Part shown: piece by piece, positions 28,463-36,151 of the stretch
How positions within the stretch are numbered: the first letter of the stretch is position 1
How the letters are laid out: each line of letters starts with the position of its first letter
From: Flavobacteriaceae bacterium
Lineage (GTDB): Bacteria; Bacteroidota; Bacteroidia; Flavobacteriales; Flavobacteriaceae
Length of the DNA stretch: 36,151 nt
Direction of reading: 5' to 3'
Assembly: GCA_013214275.1 (NCBI GenBank)
Contig: JABSPP010000005.1
Span: 1-36,151, forward strand
Translations under genes and position numbers: made by a program
Notes under the pieces: model-generated
Told to the model about the DNA's origin: nothing
Seen by the model: only the letters and a program-made list of their open reading frames with translations
Databases searched by the model: none

Positions 28463-29755
28463 ATGACAAATTTCGTTGAAGAGTTGCGATGGAGAGGCTT
28501 GCTGCATGATATCATGCCAGAGACAGAAGAATACCTATTAAAAAAATCGACTGTAGGATATATTGGTTTTGACCCAACAGCTGATTCCTTGCATATTGGA
28601 AGTTTGGTTCAGATTATTGTCTTAAAACACTTTCAAAGAGCTGGTCATCAACCCATTGCTCTAGTCGGTGGTGCTACTGGAATGGTTGGGGATCCTTCAG
28701 GAAAATCTAAAGAACGGAATCTACTGACTGAAGAAACGCTTCAGAAAAATATCAAAGGGGTGAAAGATCAATTGTCTCGCTTTTTAGATTTTGATATTAC
28801 CACTAGCAATGCTGCCATTTTGGTCAATAACTATGATTGGATGAAAGATATCTCGTTGATTGACTTTGTTCGAGATACAGGGAAGCACATCACTGTGAAC
28901 TATATGATGGCAAAAGATTCTGTAAAAAAACGCTTGGGTGCTACTTCCAAAGAGGGGATGAGTTTTACTGAGTTTACCTATCAACTGTTTCAAGGATATG
29001 ATTTTTACCACTTGTACCAAGAATACAATTGTAAGTTACAGATGGGCGGTTCAGATCAGTGGGGAAACATCACCACAGGAACAGAACTTATACGAAGAAA
29101 ATCTCAAGGGAAGGCGTATGCCATTACAGTCCCTCTGATCACAAAAGCCGACGGGACAAAGTTTGGAAAAACAGAAGGAGGGAACGTTTGGCTCGATGCT
29201 AACAGAACTTCTCCTTACAAATTTTACCAGTATTGGTTTAACTCGTCTGATGAGGACTCGGAAAAATACATCAAAATATTCACATTTCTAGATCAAGAAA
29301 CCATTAATCAGCTTATAGAAAAGCATCAAGAAGCTCCACACTTGCGATTGCTACAAAAGAAAATAGGAGAGGAAGTTACTGTTATGACTCATGGACAAGA
29401 GGCTTATGAAAATGTGATTAAGGCAACCAATATTCTTTTTGGGAAGTCAACGGCTGGCGATTTAAAATCGCTAGACGAACAAACATTTTTAGATGTTTTT
29501 GACGGTGTGCCTCAAGCTTCTATATCAAAACAAGATATCAAAAATGGGTTGGATATGATTGGAGCTTTGGCTGCCAAAACAGGGTTTTTAAAATCCAATG
29601 GAGATGCTCGTAGAGCCTTAAAAGAACATTCTATTTCCGTTAACAAGGAAAAAGTAAAAGAACATTATATCATTACCCAAGACGACTTAATTGCCAATAC
29701 GTATGTATTATTACAGCGAGGTAAAAAAAATTATTATTTGTTGAGAGTCACATAA
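28463..29755 (+). CDS. tyrS: Tyrosine--tRNA ligase
   Basis: GFDPTADSLHIGS (HIGH-like), QMGGSDQWGNI, KFGKT (KMSKS-like) and C-terminal S4 domain RGKK. Confidence 0.98.
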   Translation: MTNFVEELRWRGLLHDIMPETEEYLLKKSTVGYIGFDPTADSLHIGSLVQIIVLKHFQRAGHQPIALVGGATGMVGDPSGKSKERNLLTEETLQKNIKGVKDQLSRFLDFDITTSNAAILVNNYDWMKDISLIDFVRDTGKHITVNYMMAKDSVKKRLGATSKEGMSFTEFTYQLFQGYDFYHLYQEYNCKLQMGGSDQWGNITTGTELIRRKSQGKAYAITVPLITKADGTKFGKTEGGNVWLDANRTSPYKFYQYWFNSSDEDSEKYIKIFTFLDQETINQLIEKHQEAPHLRLLQKKIGEEVTVMTHGQEAYENVIKATNILFGKSTAGDLKSLDEQTFLDVFDGVPQASISKQDIKNGLDMIGALAAKTGFLKSNGDARRALKEHSISVNKEKVKEHYIITQDDLIANTYVLLQRGKKNYYLLRVT

Positions 29756-29811
29756 AAACCCATTTCGTTTTCTTGTATTAGTCAAGAAAATAGCGTTAAG
29801 AAACAACTTAT

Positions 29812-31971
29812 ATGAAGACACCTATTATTTCTGCATTTTGTGCAATGATGATTCTTACCTCCTGTCAGGTTGAATCAAATAAAAGAACCATTACTGTGAA
29901 TTATCCTAAAACTGAAAAGCAGCCTGTTGTTGACACCTATTTTAATACAGAGGTAATCGATAACTACCGATGGTTGGAAGACGACAGAAGTCAAGAAACA
30001 GAAGCCTGGGTGAAGGCTGAAAACGAAGTTACCTTTAATTATTTAGATCAGATTCCATATCGAGATCAAATTAAGAACCGACTAAAAACTTTATGGAACT
30101 ACGAAAAAATAGGTTCCCCATTTAAAGAAGGTGATTACACTTATTACAGCAAGAATGATGGCCTTCAGAATCAGTCTGTGATTTACAGAAAAAAAGGTGA
30201 CGACGGAAAAGAGGAAGTCTTTTTAGATCCAAATACTTTTTCTGAGGATGCAACTACGTCTTTAGGGGGATTACAATTTTCTAAAGATGGGAAAACAGCA
30301 GCCTATTCTATTTCTGAAGGAGGAAGTGATTGGAGAAAAATCATCGTTATGGATGCTGTGACAAAAACAATCAAAGAAGATACGTTGGTTGATATTAAAT
30401 TCTCGGGAATCAGCTGGAAGGGCAACGATGGGTTTTATTATTCTAGCTATGATAAGCCTGAAGGAAGTGAGCTTTCAGCTAAAACAGATCAACACAAATT
30501 GTACTATCATAAGTTAGGCACTCCACAAGAGAATGACCTTGTTATCTTTGGAGAAATTGAAGCAGAAAAACACCGATATGTGAGTGGATATCTTACAGAA
30601 GACGATCGTTATTTGGTGATTTCTGCGTCTACCTCTACCTCGGGGAATAAGCTCTTTATAAAAGATCTTACAAAGAAAAATAGTAACTTAATTTCTGTGA
30701 TTGATCATTTTGATAGTGATACTTATGTTATTGATAATGTTGGAAGTAAATTATATCTGGTCACTAATTTAGATGCACCAAACCAAAAGATTGTCACTGT
30801 TGATGCTGGGAATCCAACTCCAGAAAATTGGCAGGATTTTATCGCAGAAACCGAGCATGTATTAAGTCCATCTAGTGGAGGCGGTTACTTCTTTACAGAG
30901 TATATGGTTGATGCCATTTCTAAGGTGTTACAGTACGATATGGATGGAACATTCATTCGCGAAGTTAAATTACCGGGTGTTGGAAATGCCGGTGGCTTTG
31001 GGGGGAAAAGAGAAGATACAACCTGTTATTACTCTTTTACCAATTATAAAACCCCAGCAAGTATCTACAAGTACAACATGGAACGTGGAACCTCTGATTT
31101 GTACTGGAGTCCTGCTATTGATTTTAATCCAGATGACTATAAAAGTACTCAAGTGTTCTACACTTCAAAAGATGGTACAAAAATTCCTATGATCATCACT
31201 CACAAAAAGGGACTTGAATACAATGGTAAGAATCCCACGATCTTATACGGATATGGAGGGTTTAATATTTCTTTGAATCCTAGGTTTAGCGTCTTACGAG
31301 CCGTTTGGATGGAGCAGGGAGGAATCTATGCAGTGCCTAATCTGCGAGGTGGCGGCGAATATGGAAAAGAATGGCACAAAGCGGGAACGCAGCTGCAAAA
31401 ACAAAATGTATTTGACGATTTTATTGCAGCCGCTGAGTATTTAGTTGGAAATGAGTACACCTCATCGGATTATTTAGCCATAAGCGGGGGATCAAATGGA
31501 GGGTTGCTTGTAGGGGCAACGATGACTCAAAGACCTGACCTTATGCGAGTTGCTTTACCTGCTGTTGGAGTCTTGGATATGTTGCGATATCACACCTTTA
31601 CCGCAGGTGCAGGCTGGGCATACGATTATGGTACTGCTGAGCAGAGTAAAGAGATGTTTGAATATTTAAAAGGATACTCTCCTGTGCATAATGTAAAAGC
31701 AGGTGTAGAATATCCTGCTACACTCGTAACAACAGGTGATCACGATGATCGCGTTGTGCCAGCTCATAGCTTTAAGTTTGCTGCTGAGTTACAAGACAAA
31801 CAAGCGGGTACAAATCCTGCTCTCATTAGAATTGATGTAAAAGCAGGTCATGGTGCTGGAAAATCCTTAGATCAAGTCATTAACGAGTATTCAGATATCT
31901 ATGGGTTTACGTTCTACAATATGGGGTACGATCAACTCCCCAATCCACCAAAAGCAGAGGTTAAAGAGTAA
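29812..31971 (+). CDS. Prolyl oligopeptidase (S9A) with lipoprotein-type signal
   Basis: [22 protein letters not shown] (Ser), DHDDRV (Asp), AGHG (His); LTSC lipobox. Confidence 0.96.
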   Translation: MKTPIISAFCAMMILTSCQVESNKRTITVNYPKTEKQPVVDTYFNTEVIDNYRWLEDDRSQETEAWVKAENEVTFNYLDQIPYRDQIKNRLKTLWNYEKIGSPFKEGDYTYYSKNDGLQNQSVIYRKKGDDGKEEVFLDPNTFSEDATTSLGGLQFSKDGKTAAYSISEGGSDWRKIIVMDAVTKTIKEDTLVDIKFSGISWKGNDGFYYSSYDKPEGSELSAKTDQHKLYYHKLGTPQENDLVIFGEIEAEKHRYVSGYLTEDDRYLVISASTSTSGNKLFIKDLTKKNSNLISVIDHFDSDTYVIDNVGSKLYLVTNLDAPNQKIVTVDAGNPTPENWQDFIAETEHVLSPSSGGGYFFTEYMVDAISKVLQYDMDGTFIREVKLPGVGNAGGFGGKREDTTCYYSFTNYKTPASIYKYNMERGTSDLYWSPAIDFNPDDYKSTQVFYTSKDGTKIPMIITHKKGLEYNGKNPTILYGYGGFNISLNPRFSVLRAVWMEQGGIYAVPNLRGGGEYGKEWHKAGTQLQKQNVFDDFIAAAEYLVGNEYTSSDYLAISGGSNGGLLVGATMTQRPDLMRVALPAVGVLDMLRYHTFTAGAGWAYDYGTAEQSKEMFEYLKGYSPVHNVKAGVEYPATLVTTGDHDDRVVPAHSFKFAAELQDKQAGTNPALIRIDVKAGHGAGKSLDQVINEYSDIYGFTFYNMGYDQLPNPPKAEVKE

Positions 31972-31996
31972 AAACCCACAAAACATCGTATGTTTG

Positions 31997-32022
31997 CCAC
32001 GCATTTATATGCGTGGTTTTTT
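31997..32022 (+). terminator. Rho-independent terminator after the prolyl oligopeptidase gene
   Basis: CCACGCAT-ttat-ATGCGTGG followed by T6. Confidence 0.75.
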
Positions 32023-32958
32023 ATGTTAAAAGTTGAAAATATCTCTTTTGGATATAACGGGCAAAAAGAAATTTTGAAACACTTTTCTTTTGAGCTGGAC
32101 GCAGGAGAGCATCTCTGTATTATGGGAGAAAGTGGTTCTGGAAAATCTACTTTACTCAAAGCTATTTATGGCTTATTAGATCTTAAAGGTGGAAAGCTCT
32201 CTTGGAAAAATCAGCCAATTTTAGGTCCTGCTTTTCACCTAGTTCCTGGAATGGATTTTTTTAAATATGTTCCTCAGGATTTTGATTTAATGCCTTATAC
32301 CTCTGTAGAAGAAAATATCGTAAAATTCCTCTCTCGTTTTGATCTTGAAGAAACTCAACAAAGGACTCAAGAGTTACTAGAAGTTGTAGAAATGCAACCT
32401 TTTGCAAAACAAAAAGTGAAGACTTTGAGTGGAGGGCAGCAACAACGTGTTGCCATAGCTAGAGCTTTGGCAAAAGAGCCAGAATTAATCTTACTTGATG
32501 AACCATTCAGTCAGATAGATACTTTTAGAAAGAACTCGCTTAGAAGGATGCTATTTGCCTATTTAAAAGAAAACAATATTACCTGTGTTGAAGCCACTCA
32601 CGACGGAAGTGATGCCTTATCCTTTGCAGATCAAGTAATGGTGATTAAAGATGGTCAAATTTTAGCAAAAGGAATTCCATCTAAATTATATCAAAACCCA
32701 CCACACCTGGATGTAGCTACTTTATTTGATGATGTGAATATGATGGTGATCGATGGTAAAAAACACTTGCTGTATCCTCATCAAATTAAAATGGTACCCT
32801 CATCAGAGCACCGAGCAACAGTGAATAAATCCTATTACAAAGGGTTTTACTGGCTCATTGAAGCTATGTTTGATGATGGGGTTATTTTTTTTCAACATAC
32901 AACACAAATCCCATCAGGAAATACGGTTAATATTGATTTTTCGTCCATTCCAGACTAG
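32023..32958 (+). CDS. ABC transporter ATP-binding protein
   Basis: Walker A GESGSGKST, LSGGQQQR, LLDEP and THD motifs. Start placed at MLKVENI. Confidence 0.93.
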   Translation: MLKVENISFGYNGQKEILKHFSFELDAGEHLCIMGESGSGKSTLLKAIYGLLDLKGGKLSWKNQPILGPAFHLVPGMDFFKYVPQDFDLMPYTSVEENIVKFLSRFDLEETQQRTQELLEVVEMQPFAKQKVKTLSGGQQQRVAIARALAKEPELILLDEPFSQIDTFRKNSLRRMLFAYLKENNITCVEATHDGSDALSFADQVMVIKDGQILAKGIPSKLYQNPPHLDVATLFDDVNMMVIDGKKHLLYPHQIKMVPSSEHRATVNKSYYKGFYWLIEAMFDDGVIFFQHTTQIPSGNTVNIDFSSIPD

Positions 32959-33360
32959 CTTGGATCCTTGTGTTTGACCTAACAACAATTGACCAATGGG
33001 TGATGAAGTGGAAATGGCATAAAAAATACGATTACCCGTGGTCAACTGACCAGCACTAATACTTAAAAAAAAGTTGCCTAAGTTTGTTTCGACTAGACTC
33101 CCAAGACTAATTATTTCTGAACTAGAGGTTAAGTCGATTTTTGTTAATGTCTTCTTCATCTGTTGAACACTATTTAACTGCTGACCAGCTTTTTCTATTT
33201 CTAACTGAAACATGGCACGAGCAGTCTCATGTTTATCACCAACTGAACTTTTGGTTTCGGAGGTTAGTGCCTGTTGGTTAGACTTTATCGTTTGTGTAAC
33301 GGTCTGCAAACGGGTTTTTACAAACTCCACACAGAGCTCATATAACTGTGTTTTTAACAT
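32914..33360 (-). CDS. GreA/GreB-family-like protein (Bacteroidota type)
   Basis: Coiled coil with ETKSSVGDKHETARAM, then LGSLV and ISTSSPIGQLLLG. Start placed at MLKTQLY. Confidence 0.8.
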   Translation of the reverse strand: MLKTQLYELCVEFVKTRLQTVTQTIKSNQQALTSETKSSVGDKHETARAMFQLEIEKAGQQLNSVQQMKKTLTKIDLTSSSEIISLGSLVETNLGNFFLSISAGQLTTGNRIFYAISTSSPIGQLLLGQTQGSKLVWNGRKININRIS

Positions 33361-33634
33361 GATAAATTGGTTTCGATCATTTTTACAACTAACATGGGTT
33401 TGAGGTGATAAGGACATGTGTAAAGTACAACTTTTTTGGGCATGTAAAAAGGAGTTTCGTATAGGTAAAACCAATGTTTAATAGCACTGCTGAAAGCAGG
33501 CTATTTTAGAGGATAAAAAGCTATAATTAAGCAAATTAGAGATTGTATTGAGTTAATAATGCCTATACTCAGGATATACTAACGATGCCTTCATGAAAAA
33601 AATCACGTACTTTTAACGCCTAAAACAATTTGTG

Positions 33635-34180
33635 ATGAATATCCTAGATGTTATAATTGTTGTCCTGCTTGTCTTTGCCTTTGTAAGAGGTTTCGTAAAG
33701 GGCTTTTTTGTAGAAGTTGCATCTTTAGTGGCTTTAGTTGGTGGTATTTGGGGGGCAATCCACTTTTCATATTTTGCTGTAGCATTGTTGGAAGATTATG
33801 TAGACTGGGATAAAAATTATATCCTACTCGTTGCATTCGCTATTACGTTTATCGCAATTGCTCTGGGGATTTCCTATCTGGGCAAAGGACTGACTAAAAT
33901 GGCCGATATTGTGGCTCTAGGCTTGGTTAATAAAGTGATGGGAGGAATTTTTGCCTTTTTGAAAAGCTTGGTAATTATTAGTGTAGCTCTTGTATTTTTT
34001 ACCAAGTTGAACAATACCATCACCATTGTAAAGAAGTCAACACTCGAAAATTCTGTGTTATACGTTCCAGTAAAAAGTGTTGTTCAAGTTATTTTCCCTT
34101 CAATTACAAGAAAATTTGAAACCGAGCAACCCAAGGCAAAAGAGCATACAGCGTCTTGGGAATCCCTAAAGTCAAAATAG
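33635..34180 (+). CDS. CvpA family membrane protein
   Basis: N-terminal LDVII...RGFVKGFFVE and NKVMGGIF pattern; 4 TM segments. Confidence 0.9.
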   Translation: MNILDVIIVVLLVFAFVRGFVKGFFVEVASLVALVGGIWGAIHFSYFAVALLEDYVDWDKNYILLVAFAITFIAIALGISYLGKGLTKMADIVALGLVNKVMGGIFAFLKSLVIISVALVFFTKLNNTITIVKKSTLENSVLYVPVKSVVQVIFPSITRKFETEQPKAKEHTASWESLKSK

Positions 34181-34221
34181 AACTTTTTTCGAAGAGTAAG
34201 ACCCTCGAAGAAAACCTTATT

Positions 34222-36087
34222 TTACAGAGAAGATGATGAGTTCTTCTTAAGCCATTGGATACAAGCATCAAACTCTTCAAATATCTTATCCTCTCCAACA
34301 AGATCAGGGATAATATCAATGCGCTCCATCATAAATCGTGGTTGTTGTTGAGGATGTACAAAAAGTACCGTTTTACCTGAATCTATTAAGCTTACAAGCA
34401 TGTCTTCTAAAGCATATAATCCAGACTGATCCATATAGGGCATCCGATCCATACGAATGACAATAGTATGAGCGGAAGAAGGAATTTGTTTGGATAATTG
34501 CTGAAATTCACTGGTAAAACCAAAGAATAACGGACCGTTGACATGCTTTACGAAAACTGTATTTTTCAATTCTTTAGTAATGTCTTTTTCATCGTCCCAA
34601 GAGTCCTCACCCAAAGGTGTTACGGTCGATTTTTTGGCGGTTAAATCACCTGTTTTTTTCATAAAGATCAAAGAGGCAAAAACCAGACCTATGCCCACAG
34701 CATAGATTAAATCCCAGAATGTGGCAAGAGCCATTACGGTAAACATAATCAATACTTCTGAACTAAGCTTTACAGCCCCAATTTTAAAATCTTTGGGTAA
34801 GGAAGAGATTGCTCTCAACCCTTTATAATCCATCACGCCAATACCTACGGTAACTAAGATTCCCGCCAAAACAGCTTGTGGTATTTTAGACGCCGCAGAC
34901 CCAAGGCCGAGAAGTACAACAAGTAGCATGATACCAGCAATCATTCCTGATAATTTTGTTTTTCCTCCTGCATTGATATTCACTACTGTTCTAATAGTTG
35001 CACCTGCGCCTGGGATACCACCAAAAATTGATGCAATACTGTTACCAATTCCTTGCCCTATCAATTCTCTATTGGGTTTGTGTTTGGTTTTGGTCATGTT
35101 ATCGGCTACAACACTTGTAAGCAGCGAATCAATAGATCCTAAAAGGGCAAGAGTCAACGCTGTGAGGATATATGGACTCACAGTACTTAGCTCGAAAGAG
35201 GTAAAAATATCTACATTAGGCAGGGGAAAGTCTGTTGGTATTTTCTCAATTGAGGCATAGTTCAAATTCAACCCGACAGCAACCCCAGAAACAACAATCA
35301 ATGCAACCAGTGAGCTGGGAATTTTTGTTGTAATTCGCTTGAATCCATAAATAATAAAAATAGTAACTAAGGTTAATAAAAGCTCTAACCAGCGAACCTT
35401 TTGAAGCATTCTAGGGAGTGTTTTAAGAGACCCCAAAACTCCAGAGGCTTCTTTTTTTGCCAAATTCTGAGCTTCTTTATGCACCACATCAGAAGAAATA
35501 AGCTTCCCTTGATTGACAGTTTCTTGATAGTCCTCTAAGGTTAAAACACCCTCTTTTTTTGCTTTTTCATCCAATATAGTTTTCAGCACAGCTTGCTCTG
35601 CAAGAGTTTCAAACTGTTGAACAAATTGGGTGTCCTCTTTTACATTATATCCAAGTGAAGGAGCAAACTGAGAGATGATAATCATCAATCCGATAGCAGT
35701 CATAAATCCAGAAACCACGGGATATGGAATGTAACGAATGTACTTTCCTAACCCTAAACCTCCCAGTCCAATTTGGAAGATTCCTGCAAGTAGAAAGACC
35801 GTTAGGATGGCGGGAAGTGCATCATTAACATCACCATTATTGGTAGCAATAATCCCAGCAATTACGACTGTACTTAGGGCTGTCATTGGTGCTGTGGGAC
35901 CAGAAATTTGTGTTGAAGTTCCTCCGAATAGCGCTGCAAAGAAGCTAATGAAAATAGCACCATAGAGCCCTGCGCTTGGGCCAAGACCAGATGATACACC
36001 AAAGGCTAACGCTAGTGGTAAAGCAACAATACCTGCCGTGATACCACCAAAAGCATCACCTTTAAAGTTTGAAAATAAGTTTTTCAT
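34222..36087 (-). CDS. SulP/SLC26 family anion transporter with STAS domain
   Basis: GITAGIVALPLALAFG, QISGPTAP, ELIGQGIGN, GATIRT, GPLFFG and MDQSG motifs. Confidence 0.95.
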   Translation of the reverse strand: MKNLFSNFKGDAFGGITAGIVALPLALAFGVSSGLGPSAGLYGAIFISFFAALFGGTSTQISGPTAPMTALSTVVIAGIIATNNGDVNDALPAILTVFLLAGIFQIGLGGLGLGKYIRYIPYPVVSGFMTAIGLMIIISQFAPSLGYNVKEDTQFVQQFETLAEQAVLKTILDEKAKKEGVLTLEDYQETVNQGKLISSDVVHKEAQNLAKKEASGVLGSLKTLPRMLQKVRWLELLLTLVTIFIIYGFKRITTKIPSSLVALIVVSGVAVGLNLNYASIEKIPTDFPLPNVDIFTSFELSTVSPYILTALTLALLGSIDSLLTSVVADNMTKTKHKPNRELIGQGIGNSIASIFGGIPGAGATIRTVVNINAGGKTKLSGMIAGIMLLVVLLGLGSAASKIPQAVLAGILVTVGIGVMDYKGLRAISSLPKDFKIGAVKLSSEVLIMFTVMALATFWDLIYAVGIGLVFASLIFMKKTGDLTAKKSTVTPLGEDSWDDEKDITKELKNTVFVKHVNGPLFFGFTSEFQQLSKQIPSSAHTIVIRMDRMPYMDQSGLYALEDMLVSLIDSGKTVLFVHPQQQPRFMMERIDIIPDLVGEDKIFEEFDACIQWLKKNSSSSL

Positions 36088-36151
36088 ATTAGATTATTTG
36101 CTTTATCAATATTAAGAATTAGATTCCCTGTTTTTTCTCCAGTTTCGGCAT

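Noticed and set aside
32004-32031. TTATGTTAAA as the XerD arm of a dif site, with a possible strand-skew change in the right half of the window
   Set aside because: There is no XerC-like arm at the right spacing, and the motif is simply the ABC gene start. The skew impression from spot checks was inconsistent and needs a cumulative GC-skew calculation.
570-35965. Numerous short ORFs antisense to or nested in identified genes (e.g. 570-770, 2051-2344, 7090-7566, 11185-11496, 11966-12355, 30875-31192, 34928-35260)
   Set aside because: Shadow frames of well-supported genes or AT-rich spacer, with no motifs of their own.
1-36151. CRISPR array, tRNA/rRNA, IS element or prophage
   Set aside because: No regularly spaced repeats, cloverleaf-like sequences, or transposase, integrase or phage genes were seen by eye.

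Overview
AT-rich, gene-dense chromosomal segment of a Flavobacteriaceae-like bacterium (Bacteroidota): it has a T9SS C-terminal sorting domain, many TAnnTTTG -7 promoter boxes and Bacteroidota-type DUF genes. Most of it is housekeeping: a partial FAD oxidoreductase, tadA-like deaminase, dxs, dGTPase, nrdAB, cold-shock protein, glmS, panC/panD, radA, hemD, pyrC, tyrS, prolyl oligopeptidase, CvpA and SulP. No rRNA, tRNA, CRISPR array, transposase or integrase was recognised. Three things stand out. (1) An AT-rich orphan 225-aa gene (7603-8280) sits between nrdA and the dGTPase. It has a PD-(D/E)xK-like core, a tentative SocB-toxin-like layout, its own terminator, and a hairpin-dense upstream region with a plus-strand-specific C(UUCG)G stem, making it a candidate protein plus ncRNA module. 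(2) Two copies of a ~92-bp structured intergenic element (6000-6092, 20121-20212) show a compensatory base change. (3) A large T9SS-secreted Asp-box protein is split by what look like two homopolymer deletions. All calls come from reading motifs by eye; no database searches were run.
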